A stretch of 64,000 nt of DNA from a virus. Within the stretch, counting starts at the first letter, position 1. Each line of letters starts with the position of its first letter. Shown in pieces: positions 18,453-28,056 of the stretch. The DNA is taken from the IMG/VR virus record IMGVR_UViG_3300043399_000524, positions 32,001-96,000 of that record. One strand, written 5' to 3'. The notes beneath the pieces were generated by a model. That model saw only the letters and a program-made list of their open reading frames with translations, made no database searches and had not been told where the DNA came from. The position numbers and the translations under genes are program-made.

Positions 18453-18689
18453 ATGACATTACCAGACGAAAGATTTAGAGCCTTAAAGCAGGCTAAGAAA
18501 CTCTTAGAAGAACTTTGTGATCCAGGTCGTACACCTAGAGTACCCAGTTTGGTAAGAGACAGGGCAAGAGGTGCGTTGCGTCATTTTCCTAGTGACTATG
18601 AACTCGACAAACTAGCAGAAGATTGCCCCGAACTACTTGATAAAATATCATTCACTGATAGAATGTATATGAATATCGTGCAAAAATAA
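18453..18689 (+). CDS. hypothetical protein
   Basis: AAGGAG SD before ATG 18453 (track start lies inside the hairpin region). Confidence 0.7.
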   Translation: MTLPDERFRALKQAKKLLEELCDPGRTPRVPSLVRDRARGALRHFPSDYELDKLAEDCPELLDKISFTDRMYMNIVQK

Positions 18690-18701
18690 TAGGAGAATAA
18701 A

Positions 18702-18893
18702 ATGACAAAGTTAACTAAGTTGGCAAAAGTCAACGAGGGAATTACTGTTAACCGTTATGATAACGGTTGGATGGTTGAAGTAGGCGGCCGTGACAAAAAA
18801 CAAGATTGGAAAAATTGTAAGATTCTGTGCAACACAGAGGAAGAATTAATCGCTCTTATCAAAGAGTGGAACACAATGGAACTGGACAATTAA
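18702..18893 (+). CDS. hypothetical protein
   Basis: AGGAG SD. Confidence 0.7.
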   Translation: MTKLTKLAKVNEGITVNRYDNGWMVEVGGRDKKQDWKNCKILCNTEEELIALIKEWNTMELDN

Positions 18894-18894
18894 C

Positions 18895-19521
18895 ATGACC
18901 CCAATTGGAACATGGTTATACCTCAAGAAACATAATCAAACGGGATTGCTATATTTCGGCAAAACTGTGCGTAATCCTTTGAAGTATAAAGGTTCCGGTT
19001 CGTATTGGTCATCACACCGAAAGATTCATGGTAATGATATATCTACTGTTTGGTGTGAATTATTTGAAGATAACAATAAATTAGTTGAGTTTGCTGAATT
19101 TGTTAGTGACTTTTTTGAAATCGTAACCTTTACTGCTAATGGTAAAAAATTATGGGCCAATGAAGTTCCTGAAAATGGTTTAATGGGTGGTCAAAATAAA
19201 GGACAACCTAGCAAGATGAGGGGTAAAAAATTAGAAAATCCCTCACCTCTAAGAGGAATAAAAAGGCCAAATCATTCAAATCTCATGAAGGGTAGAAAAT
19301 TAACAAATGAACACTCAGCTAATATAAGTAAATCTTTAAAGAAACACACCAGAACCAAAGAACATTCTTTGAATATATCACTAGCAAAGAAAGGTAAGAA
19401 ATTATCTTCTCCTAGAATCTGTAATGTGTATGAATGCCCGCATTGTGGGAAAATAGGCAAAGGGCCTAATATGAAAAGATATCATTTTAATAATTGCAAA
19501 AGAAAGGAACACAATGGCTAA
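18895..19521 (+). mobile_element. free-standing GIY-YIG (Seg-like) homing endonuclease
   Basis: LYLKKHNQTGLLYFGKT...YKGSG; C-terminal CPHC...RYH..NCK. Confidence 0.82.
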
Positions 19522-20584
19522 GCCGTTTGATGTGAGTAAGTTTCGCCGTGACATTACTAAATCTATTGAGGGACTTAGTATCGGATTTAATGACCCTACT
19601 GATTGGGTATCTACAGGTAATTTCGCCCTCAATTATCTTATATCCGGTGACTTTAATAAAGGCATACCTCTTGGTAAAGTTACTGTCTTTGCCGGAGAAT
19701 CTGGATCAGGAAAATCATACATCTGTTCAGGCAACCTCATTCGTCATGCACAAGAACAAGGTATCTTTGTTGTATTGGTTGACAGTGAAAATGCGTTGGA
19801 TGAAGCGTGGCTTCATGCGCTGGGTGTATCAACTGACGAAGATAAATTACTAAAACTCAACATGGCTATGATTGATGATGTAGCCAAAACGATTTCAGAA
19901 TTTATGAAGTCGTATAAGGCGATGCCGGCAGAAGACAAGCCTAAAGTCTTGTTCATCATTGACAGTCTTGGTATGCTATTGACACCTACTGACGTTAATC
20001 AGTTTGAAGCAGGTGATATGAAAGGTGACATGGGTCGTAAGCCTAAAGCACTAACAGCACTTGTTCGTAATTGTGTTAACATGTTTGGTAGTCATAATGT
20101 TGGTCTAGTTGCTACTAATCACACATATGCTTCACAGGATATGTTCGACCCTGATGACAAAATCTCAGGTGGTCAAGGCTTCATCTATGCTTCAAGTATT
20201 GTTGTTGCTATGCGTAAACTGAAACTTAAAGAAGATGAAGATGGCAATAAGGTTAGCGAAGTGCGTGGTATTCGGTCAGCCTGTAAGGTTATGAAAACTC
20301 GCTATGCAAAGCCCTTTGAAAGTGTACAAGTTAAGATTCCGTATGAAACAGGCATGAACCCCTATTCTGGTTTACTCGACTTGTTCGAAGGTCAAGGCAT
20401 GTTGACTAAAGAAGGCAATCGTTTGTCTTACACAACCGAAGACGGTGAGATTCTTAAATTCTTCCGTAAAGGCTGGGAATCAAACGAGGGAGGCTGTCTT
20501 GATAAAGTCATGTCCGAATACCAGAAAAAATCACAAAATAAGCTAAGTACTGTTACTGCCGATGAAGGAGCGGCGACAGAATGA
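19514..20584 (+). CDS. uvsX: RecA/UvsX recombinase
   Basis: AGESGSGKS, VDSENA, IIDSLG, TNHTY, SGGQGFIYASS, KTRY. Confidence 0.95.
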   Translation: MAKPFDVSKFRRDITKSIEGLSIGFNDPTDWVSTGNFALNYLISGDFNKGIPLGKVTVFAGESGSGKSYICSGNLIRHAQEQGIFVVLVDSENALDEAWLHALGVSTDEDKLLKLNMAMIDDVAKTISEFMKSYKAMPAEDKPKVLFIIDSLGMLLTPTDVNQFEAGDMKGDMGRKPKALTALVRNCVNMFGSHNVGLVATNHTYASQDMFDPDDKISGGQGFIYASSIVVAMRKLKLKEDEDGNKVSEVRGIRSACKVMKTRYAKPFESVQVKIPYETGMNPYSGLLDLFEGQGMLTKEGNRLSYTTEDGEILKFFRKGWESNEGGCLDKVMSEYQKKSQNKLSTVTADEGAATE

Positions 20585-20835
20585 GTTTAGACTTGGTAAC
20601 GGAAGTATGGGACGCATTGCGTTCCCACATTGATTTCAATGAACGCAGCGATGCGGCGGACACATTAGTAAATTTCTTGATTGACAATAATTATGAAGCA
20701 GAGGATATTAAAGATGCCTTTAGGGGTGACAAAGATATCATTGCTGCGGTCAAAGATTATCTGTCACAACACGAAGATGAACTAGAATATGAAGATGATG
20801 ACTATGATAGTGACATTGACGATGATTGGAATTAA
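20581..20835 (+). CDS. hypothetical acidic protein
   Basis: Coupled between uvsX and uvsY. Confidence 0.7.
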   Translation: MSLDLVTEVWDALRSHIDFNERSDAADTLVNFLIDNNYEAEDIKDAFRGDKDIIAAVKDYLSQHEDELEYEDDDYDSDIDDDWN

Positions 20836-21294
20836 ATGAATTGGTACACACGCATAACCCAAAACTTAGGCGTGATTCCAGACTTTATTCTTCACTACGA
20901 GAATGAACTTCTTAATGCAAAGGGTGAAGTCAAAATTTATGGCAATGTTGAAAAGAACATTGCCAATTTACCTGGTATCACCGAACATAGATTTAACCAA
21001 TTACAAGAGATTGAAGCGGTTTTAAACTACCTCAACATTCAATTACGGAAAATTCGCCGAAAACATTTTCAAAAATATTTAGAAGCGTATAATAGAGCTT
21101 TAACTAGTCGTGATGCCGAAAAATATGTTGACGGTGAAGATGAAGTCATTGACTTTGAAGTTTTGGTCAATGAAGTCGCATTACTCAGAAACAAATGGTT
21201 AGGTGTTATGAAAGCATTAGAATCTAAGAATTTTATGTTGGGACATGTAGTGCGCCTCAGAGCGGCCGGCATGGAAGATATTAGTTTGGGTTAA
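20836..21294 (+). CDS. uvsY: recombination mediator UvsY-like
   Basis: Helical; R.LTSRDAEKYVDGE, ALESKNFML; position after uvsX. Confidence 0.75.
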   Translation: MNWYTRITQNLGVIPDFILHYENELLNAKGEVKIYGNVEKNIANLPGITEHRFNQLQEIEAVLNYLNIQLRKIRRKHFQKYLEAYNRALTSRDAEKYVDGEDEVIDFEVLVNEVALLRNKWLGVMKALESKNFMLGHVVRLRAAGMEDISLG

Positions 21295-21925
21295 ACTTAC
21301 ATTTATCTCCGTGATACCTTGAATAATTAGGTTTATCAATATTTTTATTACAATGCGGACATGTTAACCTTTCTCGGTTAGCATGTTTTCCCTTCATCTT
21401 GGCAATAGAATCTTCTGTGTGGGTTTTACCAGTAAAAGACTTGTGTCCTGTATGCACACCTTTATTCCATGCAACCTGTCCCTTGTCTGAAGTTTTTATA
21501 CCAGTCAATCCTTTATTCCAAGTTGGTTTTCCTTTTCTATCCACTGACATTTTAAGTTTTACCTCGTCTGAATGTGTTTTTCCAAACATATGATTTAACT
21601 CTCCCCTACGCAAAGATTTCCTCAACCTTTCTTTTTCTGATTTAGCAGGGTTCAGATCACCTGAAGCGAATCCAACTGGATTGTTATTGAAATTCATACA
21701 TAAAGGTTTTCCTATATGTTCGGCTAGAAAGTCTTTTTCAGAATCTTTCAATTCATCTATTGAAGAACAATAAAAAAGGATTTCTTTAGTTAGTTCTGTT
21801 TTATCCTTAATGCTTCTCGGCCACTTACCCGAACCCATATAACCGTCATCTAAATTTTTTGTGCTGTGCCGTCCTATATAATAACGCCCGTTTGTATGTA
21901 CAAGTTTATAAATGTAGTGTATCAT
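21281..21925 (-). mobile_element. free-standing GIY-YIG homing endonuclease (antisense)
   Basis: YIYKL...YYIGRH..NLDDGYMGSG; NHMFGKTHSDE; CPHC...RYH..KCK; own GATAAATA box. Confidence 0.85.
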
Positions 21926-21962
21926 GTTCTTATTTATCATTGAACTGTAGGAATGGACAAAT

Positions 21963-22742
21963 ATGGCTAATTATTCACTCAACAATGCAGGTATGAATGC
22001 AATATCTGGAATTTCCGCACAATCTATTCAGACAATAAATTTGAATAGTTTGGCTAATATATCGTCTGATGGTTTATTGGCACAAATTAACCCTCATGTA
22101 AAAAAATATCAAGTAATTGAGATTGAGGAAGACTTGCTAGCACTTAGTACTACTTGGAAGCGCTTGCGTGACCAATGTAAAAACGGCGGTCCTCATCCTA
22201 ACATTTCTAAATTAGTTGATAGGGAACTATTCAGTAAGGTTACTGAACAAGACCGTGAACAAGCAAACATGATACGAGACTACTACAGCAAGAAAATTGT
22301 TATGTGGAAGTTGAAGGATCAACAACTCACTAAATTCCGCGAGGACATGAATAGTTTTATTCATAGTAACGGAAAAGTTTTCAAAGAAGATATGTATCCA
22401 CTGGTTTATCGTTTGCCAGAATTTTATGAATATGATACTCAATTTGAATCTATTTCCAATGAGCATTCTAAATTAATTACCGATAATCCAAAAGGTAAAA
22501 TCGAGAAAAAATTAAAACTTCAAAAAACATTTAATGTCGATAGTAGCAGAACTGGTAAACGAAAAGAATATTGGTTTAGTGATGAAAATGACAATTTGGT
22601 TTTAATGTCATTCAGAACGGATAATAGTCTATTATCATTATTGGATAGATGTGTCGAGAACATACTTCCTGTTAAAGCATTTTATTCAAAAAGGACACGG
22701 GATAATGTAGATTATTATACCGTTGATAAGTACACATTCTAA
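21963..22742 (+). CDS. hypothetical protein
   Basis: Long ORF ending in a terminator. Confidence 0.65.
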   Translation: MANYSLNNAGMNAISGISAQSIQTINLNSLANISSDGLLAQINPHVKKYQVIEIEEDLLALSTTWKRLRDQCKNGGPHPNISKLVDRELFSKVTEQDREQANMIRDYYSKKIVMWKLKDQQLTKFREDMNSFIHSNGKVFKEDMYPLVYRLPEFYEYDTQFESISNEHSKLITDNPKGKIEKKLKLQKTFNVDSSRTGKRKEYWFSDENDNLVLMSFRTDNSLLSLLDRCVENILPVKAFYSKRTRDNVDYYTVDKYTF

Positions 22743-22761
22743 AAGGCCCGACGGGCCTTTT
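22741..22761. terminator. intrinsic terminator
   Basis: AAAAGGCCC-gac-GGGCCTTTT. Confidence 0.8.
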
Positions 22762-22793
22762 AGTATTACACAAAAAGTATTCATTTTTGAGGC

Positions 22794-22847
22794 TTGACAA
22801 TAAATCAGTTTGGGCATACAATACATGTATTGATTGATTAAAGGAGC
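22794..22847 (+). promoter_or_regulatory. sigma70-type early promoter plus 25-nt leader, copy 1
   Basis: TTGACA-N17-TACAAT then ACATGTATTGATTGATTAAAGGAGC. Confidence 0.85.
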
Positions 22848-22852
22848 ATGTA

Positions 22853-23092
22853 ATGACCGAATTCGAATCTAAGTGCTATGGTATGTCTGTAGAAGATATC
22901 CGTACACAGTACATGAAAAGTATTACCGCTCGTTTCTCGGGTCTAGAAATGGTTGTTATGGGTATCATGTCTGACTGCCAAGAAATGCTTGCAATGGGCG
23001 CAGGCCCTCGCTCGGTTGAATACGTTCGTAAACAAATGAACGTTGCCAAATATATCCTGTCTGAAATGCAGGAAGCCAAACAAACGGTTTGA
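22853..23092 (+). CDS. hypothetical early protein
   Basis: Promoter and AAGGAG SD. Confidence 0.75.
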   Translation: MTEFESKCYGMSVEDIRTQYMKSITARFSGLEMVVMGIMSDCQEMLAMGAGPRSVEYVRKQMNVAKYILSEMQEAKQTV

Positions 23093-23142
23093 CAATAAAT
23101 GGGCATTCTGCTATAATACATGTATTGATTGATTAAAGGAGC
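23089..23142 (+). promoter_or_regulatory. sigma70-type early promoter plus 25-nt leader, copy 2
   Basis: TTGACA-N17-TATAAT then the identical 25-nt leader. Confidence 0.85.
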
Positions 23143-23149
23143 TTTTTCA

Positions 23150-24154
23150 ATGTCTGTTATTCGTGTTCTGTCTGGTTCTTATCGCAACGAACCCGTGAAA
23201 GGTGAAATCTTCACTCTCGTCAAAGGCTACCAACTTGGTGCCAAAGGTGGTTTCGTGACTGTTAAGAACGAAGGTCAGTTCCCCGGTCGACCTGCTGAGG
23301 TCCGTGTGCAAGTTGACAATCAGGAATGCATTCAATTCATGGCAGGTCGTGACACTGTGAAGGTTGAAGCTCCTAAGGAAACTGATGAACAGGCAATGGA
23401 TCGTATTGCTACTCGCTTTGCTGTCCTTGATGAAATGTCTGCCGCATGTATCGCAGGCAACATCCGTGCTATGATTGTGACTGGTCCTGCAGGTATCGGT
23501 AAGTCACACGGTGTGACTACTCAAATGGAAAAGGCATCGATGTTTGACCAAATTGCAGGCAAGCGTCCTCGCTTTGAGATTGTCAAAGGTGCTATTTCTG
23601 GCATCGGTCTGTTCGCTACATTGTACAAGTATTCCGACAAGAAAAACGTTCTGGTGTTCGATGACTGCGATGTGTGGGAAGATCAGGACGCTATTAATGT
23701 GTTGAAGGGTGCATTGGATAGTGGCAAGACCCGTCGTATCAGTTGGAACAAGGACAGTCGCCTGTTGCGTGACGAAGGCGTTCCCAATCAATTCAACTTC
23801 AACGGGTCTATAATTTTCATCACTAACAAGACCTTTGACAACAAAAAGGCAAGCAAGATTCAACCTCACTTGGATGCTCTCCAAAGTCGTTGTCACTTTC
23901 TTGACCTGACTGTTGACAGTGAGCGTGACAAGATGCTCCGCATCAAGCAAGTTCACCGCGATGCTGATGGTGGCCTGTTCAAAGACTATGATTTCACTCA
24001 GGAACAAACTGATGAAATTATGTCATTCATCGAAGTCAATCATGCTAAATTGCGTGAAGTGTCACTGCGTATGTGTCTCAAGATTGCTGACCTTGTCAAG
24101 ATTTCCGCTAACTGGCGTGAACTGGCCAAGGCAACTTGTATGAAACCTGCTTAA
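23150..24154 (+). CDS. AAA+-type P-loop ATPase
   Basis: GPAGIGKS, VFDDCD, IIFITN, SRC Arg finger; ATG 23150 after SD. Confidence 0.85.
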   Translation: MSVIRVLSGSYRNEPVKGEIFTLVKGYQLGAKGGFVTVKNEGQFPGRPAEVRVQVDNQECIQFMAGRDTVKVEAPKETDEQAMDRIATRFAVLDEMSAACIAGNIRAMIVTGPAGIGKSHGVTTQMEKASMFDQIAGKRPRFEIVKGAISGIGLFATLYKYSDKKNVLVFDDCDVWEDQDAINVLKGALDSGKTRRISWNKDSRLLRDEGVPNQFNFNGSIIFITNKTFDNKKASKIQPHLDALQSRCHFLDLTVDSERDKMLRIKQVHRDADGGLFKDYDFTQEQTDEIMSFIEVNHAKLREVSLRMCLKIADLVKISANWRELAKATCMKPA

Positions 24155-24173
24155 TCATTGAAAGGAAGCAAAA

Positions 24174-24356
24174 ATGAAACAGCGTAAGCTAACCCCAATT
24201 CAATCTAAGGCCTTGATGCGTAAGGTTACAGGATTGACTGATGTAGATTATCAACCAACACAAACCTTGGCATTCACTACAGTGAATGATAAAAAATATC
24301 GTTTGGTATATGATACCGATCTTAAATTCACTGGTTTGGCTCATAGGATTTACTAA
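24174..24356 (+). CDS. hypothetical protein
   Basis: AAGGA SD, short ORF before terminator. Confidence 0.55.
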   Translation: MKQRKLTPIQSKALMRKVTGLTDVDYQPTQTLAFTTVNDKKYRLVYDTDLKFTGLAHRIY

Positions 24357-24406
24357 TTACTGCCGTGTGAAGGCGGGGCAATGTCAATAAGTCCCCCACC
24401 TATCTG

Positions 24407-24430
24407 AAAAGGAGACTTTGGTCTCCTTTT
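24407..24430. terminator. intrinsic terminator
   Basis: AAAAGGAGAC-tttg-GTCTCCTTTT. Confidence 0.8.
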
Positions 24431-24479
24431 CTTTGCCTGTTTATTTGATTTTCAAAACAATATTAAATATAATGTTAAG

Positions 24480-25493
24480 ATGCTTTTCTCGACACTTGAT
24501 GAATTGGCTACATGGATGCTTACCAATATTAGATTGAGTAGGTATGATGACCAATTTATAAACAATCTAACACTGTATATTACTAGTCAAAAAAGGATTA
24601 CGACCAATCAGGATACACTATTTAAAAGAGTCGCAAGGAAGTACCACAGGCAGTTTTCCCATCACAAAATTAATGTAGAAAATGAATTATTATTGCATTG
24701 GTCAGTTGATGTAGTTGAAAGTTTACCCGAGTATACAGGGGCAAACATAAAGATAGAGAATGATAAAATAATTTTTCGTAGTCCCTACAATAAAAATTTT
24801 CTTGCTGCACTTAGAAAAAATACCCCATACAGCCTAGTGTGGGTTAAAGAAAAAAAACAATACGAAGCCAATTACAGCCCTACAGTATTGAAACAATTGA
24901 TATATTTGTCAGCGGAACATTATACAGTGCTAAATTATTGTGACACTGTTACACAAATAATCAACACTCTTAGCGAATATGATTCAGTTAAATATTGGGT
25001 TCCCACGTTAGTATACAACAAGGGCTATTACATTGCCGCAATAAATGAACATGTATATGAGGCAACAAAACATATTGAATTGTCAAGTGACCTAAAATCA
25101 ATCGCTCAGTTGGTTAAGTATGGTATCACTGTAGACCAATCAGTTAAGGATGAATTGTTAAAAACAGAACATGAAGACCGTGTGAAGTTAGCAACAGAAT
25201 TTCATGCAACTGTAGAATTGCGTGATATAAAAACAATAATGAGTTGGTTAAAAGAGTTTGGATGTGACGCAATCAATGAAAGCAAAACATTGTTAACTAC
25301 CCCTTGGAATATATCATTAGCTTCTGAATGTGGTATTGATATTTGTAGAACAACAAAATCACTGCGTGATTATAAAAATCCAGTCGCAGTATATCTGCGC
25401 GGTAGCATACAGATGTTTGAAACAAAACCTATAAAATTGATGAAAATCATAAGGGTAGTGAACTCGGAACCAGTTAATTTAGGACCTAAATGA
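24480..25493 (+). CDS. hypothetical protein
   Basis: 337-aa ORF coupled (ATGA) to helicase. Confidence 0.7.
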   Translation: MLFSTLDELATWMLTNIRLSRYDDQFINNLTLYITSQKRITTNQDTLFKRVARKYHRQFSHHKINVENELLLHWSVDVVESLPEYTGANIKIENDKIIFRSPYNKNFLAALRKNTPYSLVWVKEKKQYEANYSPTVLKQLIYLSAEHYTVLNYCDTVTQIINTLSEYDSVKYWVPTLVYNKGYYIAAINEHVYEATKHIELSSDLKSIAQLVKYGITVDQSVKDELLKTEHEDRVKLATEFHATVELRDIKTIMSWLKEFGCDAINESKTLLTTPWNISLASECGIDICRTTKSLRDYKNPVAVYLRGSIQMFETKPIKLMKIIRVVNSEPVNLGPK

Positions 25494-26947
25494 AAGAATG
25501 TAAACTAATAATTAAAGATGAAGTAAATGTAAAACTAGAGGGGCTTGAACTGGCTGACCGTAAAACATTAATGAAGATGTTTGAATACGAAATGCCAGGT
25601 GCAAGATATCTTCCTGCAGTTAGATTAGGACGTTGGAATGGTAAGGTCAGTTATTTTGCATTGGGTGGTAGCACATATATCAATCTATTACCTGAGATTT
25701 TGCCACTATTAGATCAAGCAGGTTATGATATTCAGTTAGAAGATTTGCGTGAGTATACGACAACCTTCAATTTTAACAAAGTGTCCGAGTCTCTGTTTTC
25801 TCAGCATGTTTGGCCTAAGAAGCATCCTAAGGAAGGTCAACCAATTGAATTGCGTGACTATCAAGTAGAGGTAATCAACCGTTTCTTAGAGAATCCTCAA
25901 TGTATTCAGGAAGTTGCAACTGGAGCAGGCAAGACTATCACAACAGCCGCACTTAGTTATAGCGTTCAGAACTATGGACGTAGTATTGTTATTGTCCCCA
26001 ACAAGTCACTGGTCACACAAACAGAAGAAGATTATAAAAACGTAGGGCTTGATGTTGGTGTGTATTTCGGTGACAGAAAAGAGATAGGTAAAACACACAC
26101 TATCTGTACTTGGCAAAGTCTAAACAATTTATTGAAGAAAACAAAAGCAGGTGAAACTGAAATATCTATCGGGGAATTCATCGAGGACGTAGTATGTGTG
26201 ATTGTTGACGAGGTTCACCAAGCAAAAGCAGACGCACTAAAAACACTAATGACTAGCGTGTTCAGTCATGTGCCCATCAGATGGGGTTTAACTGGAACTA
26301 TTCCAAAAGCAAAGTTTGAAGCACAAGCATTGTTTGTTAGCATTGGTCCTGTTATCGGTAAACTTGCTGCAAGTGAGTTACAAGAACGAGGAGTACTTGC
26401 ACAATGTCATGTGAATATTGTACAATTAAAAGATGATGTAGAATTTACAAACTACCAAAGTGAATTGAAGTATCTTACTGAGGACAAGAAACGTTTAGAT
26501 GCTATCAGTGAACTTGTGTTGAAAATCAATCAGACAGGAAATACATTGATTCTTGTAGATAGAATTAGTGCAGGAAAAGAATTAGTTGACAGATTACCGG
26601 GCTCTGTGTTTGTCAGTGGAGAAACAAAATTAACCGAAAGGAAAGAAGAATATGACGAAGTTGCTATTTCCAATGACAAAATTATTGTGGCAACTTATGG
26701 GGTCGCGGCTGTTGGTATTAATATACCTCGTATCTTTAACTTGGTTCTGTTGGAACCTGGCAAGTCGTTTGTTAGAGTTATTCAGTCAATAGGTCGAGGT
26801 ATTAGAAAAGCTGAGGACAAAGACTTTGTCCAAATTTGGGACATAACATCAAGCTGTAAGTTTGCTAAACGTCACTTGACCCAAAGAAAGAACTTTTACA
26901 AAGAAGCTAACTACCCTTTTGATATTGAAAAACTTACTTATAAGTGA
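25490..26947 (+). CDS. uvsW: SF2 DNA helicase UvsW-like
   Basis: LRDYQ, ATGAGKT, VDEVH, GLTGT, GINIP, QSIGRGIR. Confidence 0.92.
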   Translation: MKECKLIIKDEVNVKLEGLELADRKTLMKMFEYEMPGARYLPAVRLGRWNGKVSYFALGGSTYINLLPEILPLLDQAGYDIQLEDLREYTTTFNFNKVSESLFSQHVWPKKHPKEGQPIELRDYQVEVINRFLENPQCIQEVATGAGKTITTAALSYSVQNYGRSIVIVPNKSLVTQTEEDYKNVGLDVGVYFGDRKEIGKTHTICTWQSLNNLLKKTKAGETEISIGEFIEDVVCVIVDEVHQAKADALKTLMTSVFSHVPIRWGLTGTIPKAKFEAQALFVSIGPVIGKLAASELQERGVLAQCHVNIVQLKDDVEFTNYQSELKYLTEDKKRLDAISELVLKINQTGNTLILVDRISAGKELVDRLPGSVFVSGETKLTERKEEYDEVAISNDKIIVATYGVAAVGINIPRIFNLVLLEPGKSFVRVIQSIGRGIRKAEDKDFVQIWDITSSCKFAKRHLTQRKNFYKEANYPFDIEKLTYK

Positions 26948-26959
26948 TAAGATATAACT

Positions 26960-27460
26960 ATGCGAATACTTACATTAGACAATGAACCATATAATTTAGA
27001 GAATCTTCCTGAAGAAGTGGACGATCTTAGATTTGCCATACTTGACAATTCGAACCCCAATTCAGTTGATTATCATTATATACCTTTAATCTTTTTGGAA
27101 AGTTTCAATAGCCCCGCGCTTGTTCTACGCATCGGAAATTCAGTAATTAAAATGCCTGTTGATTGGCAGATATTGATAGGTGAAAAAGAGCACGGAGACT
27201 TAGAAACATTACCATTGACTAGTATTAATGATCGAGGCTTCAATGCATTTGAGTTTAACCCACTAACTAGTTTCAGACCAGACTTTCTACCTATCGAAAT
27301 CATTGACATTTATCATGATGTAACTTGGTACGCACCTCGACTACGTAATGGTCAGTTTTTGTGTGTTCCGATTGATGAAGGTCATAAGCCCAGATGTGTT
27401 TACTTTGTTAAAGAGATTAGTAGAAACTGTGAGATTGTAAATTACTCTCAAGCATTTTGA
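26960..27460 (+). CDS. hypothetical protein, possibly degenerate Hint fold
   Basis: See findings; pattern resemblance only. Confidence 0.6.
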   Translation: MRILTLDNEPYNLENLPEEVDDLRFAILDNSNPNSVDYHYIPLIFLESFNSPALVLRIGNSVIKMPVDWQILIGEKEHGDLETLPLTSINDRGFNAFEFNPLTSFRPDFLPIEIIDIYHDVTWYAPRLRNGQFLCVPIDEGHKPRCVYFVKEISRNCEIVNYSQAF

Positions 27461-27462
27461 TT

Positions 27463-28056
27463 ATGGCAACTAAAAAAGAACCAGTTTCAAAAGAAGAAAA
27501 ACTAGAAAAACAAGATATAAACTTGTTTGAAGTTCTTGCGGCATTGGATAGAAAAGATTACACATATTATGATTCACTGTCAGAAGAACAACAAAAGAAA
27601 ATTGTGCCGTTTATGCTTACTAAATGGATGAGCGCAATCAAAGGTAGTGAAGGTCTTTCTAGATATTATGTTATGAGTACAAATGAATACGCAAACAAAT
27701 ATCTATTCAATGAATATGTATCTAAACATCCTAAATTGCAATGGCTGATGTTGTGCGCTAGCAGTCCTAGCTTAGGAAAACAATTTCATCAGTGGATACC
27801 TGAAATCAGCGTAAAAGTTTCTAAATTAGAAGAAGCGGCTAATTTAAAAAGCGTAAAAGAATATTACAAAAAGATTTATCCCAAAGCCAGTGATGATGAT
27901 ATTGGTGCAGTGAGTGAAGCATTTGTAGAAGAACAAAAACGAAAAAGATATTTGGCTCAACTGTTTCCCGAATTAAAAGTTGCAGACATAGAAGTACTTA
28001 ACCAGATTACAACAGATGAACAAATTGCTCAGTACGAAAGAGACCGTGGAAACTGA
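27463..28056 (+). CDS. possible clamp-loader small subunit (T4 gp62-like)
   Basis: FE.L.A...K, PFM...MS, GKQFHQW resemble gp62; weak. Confidence 0.45.
   Translation: MATKKEPVSKEEKLEKQDINLFEVLAALDRKDYTYYDSLSEEQQKKIVPFMLTKWMSAIKGSEGLSRYYVMSTNEYANKYLFNEYVSKHPKLQWLMLCASSPSLGKQFHQWIPEISVKVSKLEEAANLKSVKEYYKKIYPKASDDDIGAVSEAFVEEQKRKRYLAQLFPELKVADIEVLNQITTDEQIAQYERDRGN

Noticed and set aside
24362-24400. GGGG...CCCC element before the terminator
   Set aside because: Weak stem with a large loop and no supporting context; needs covariation data
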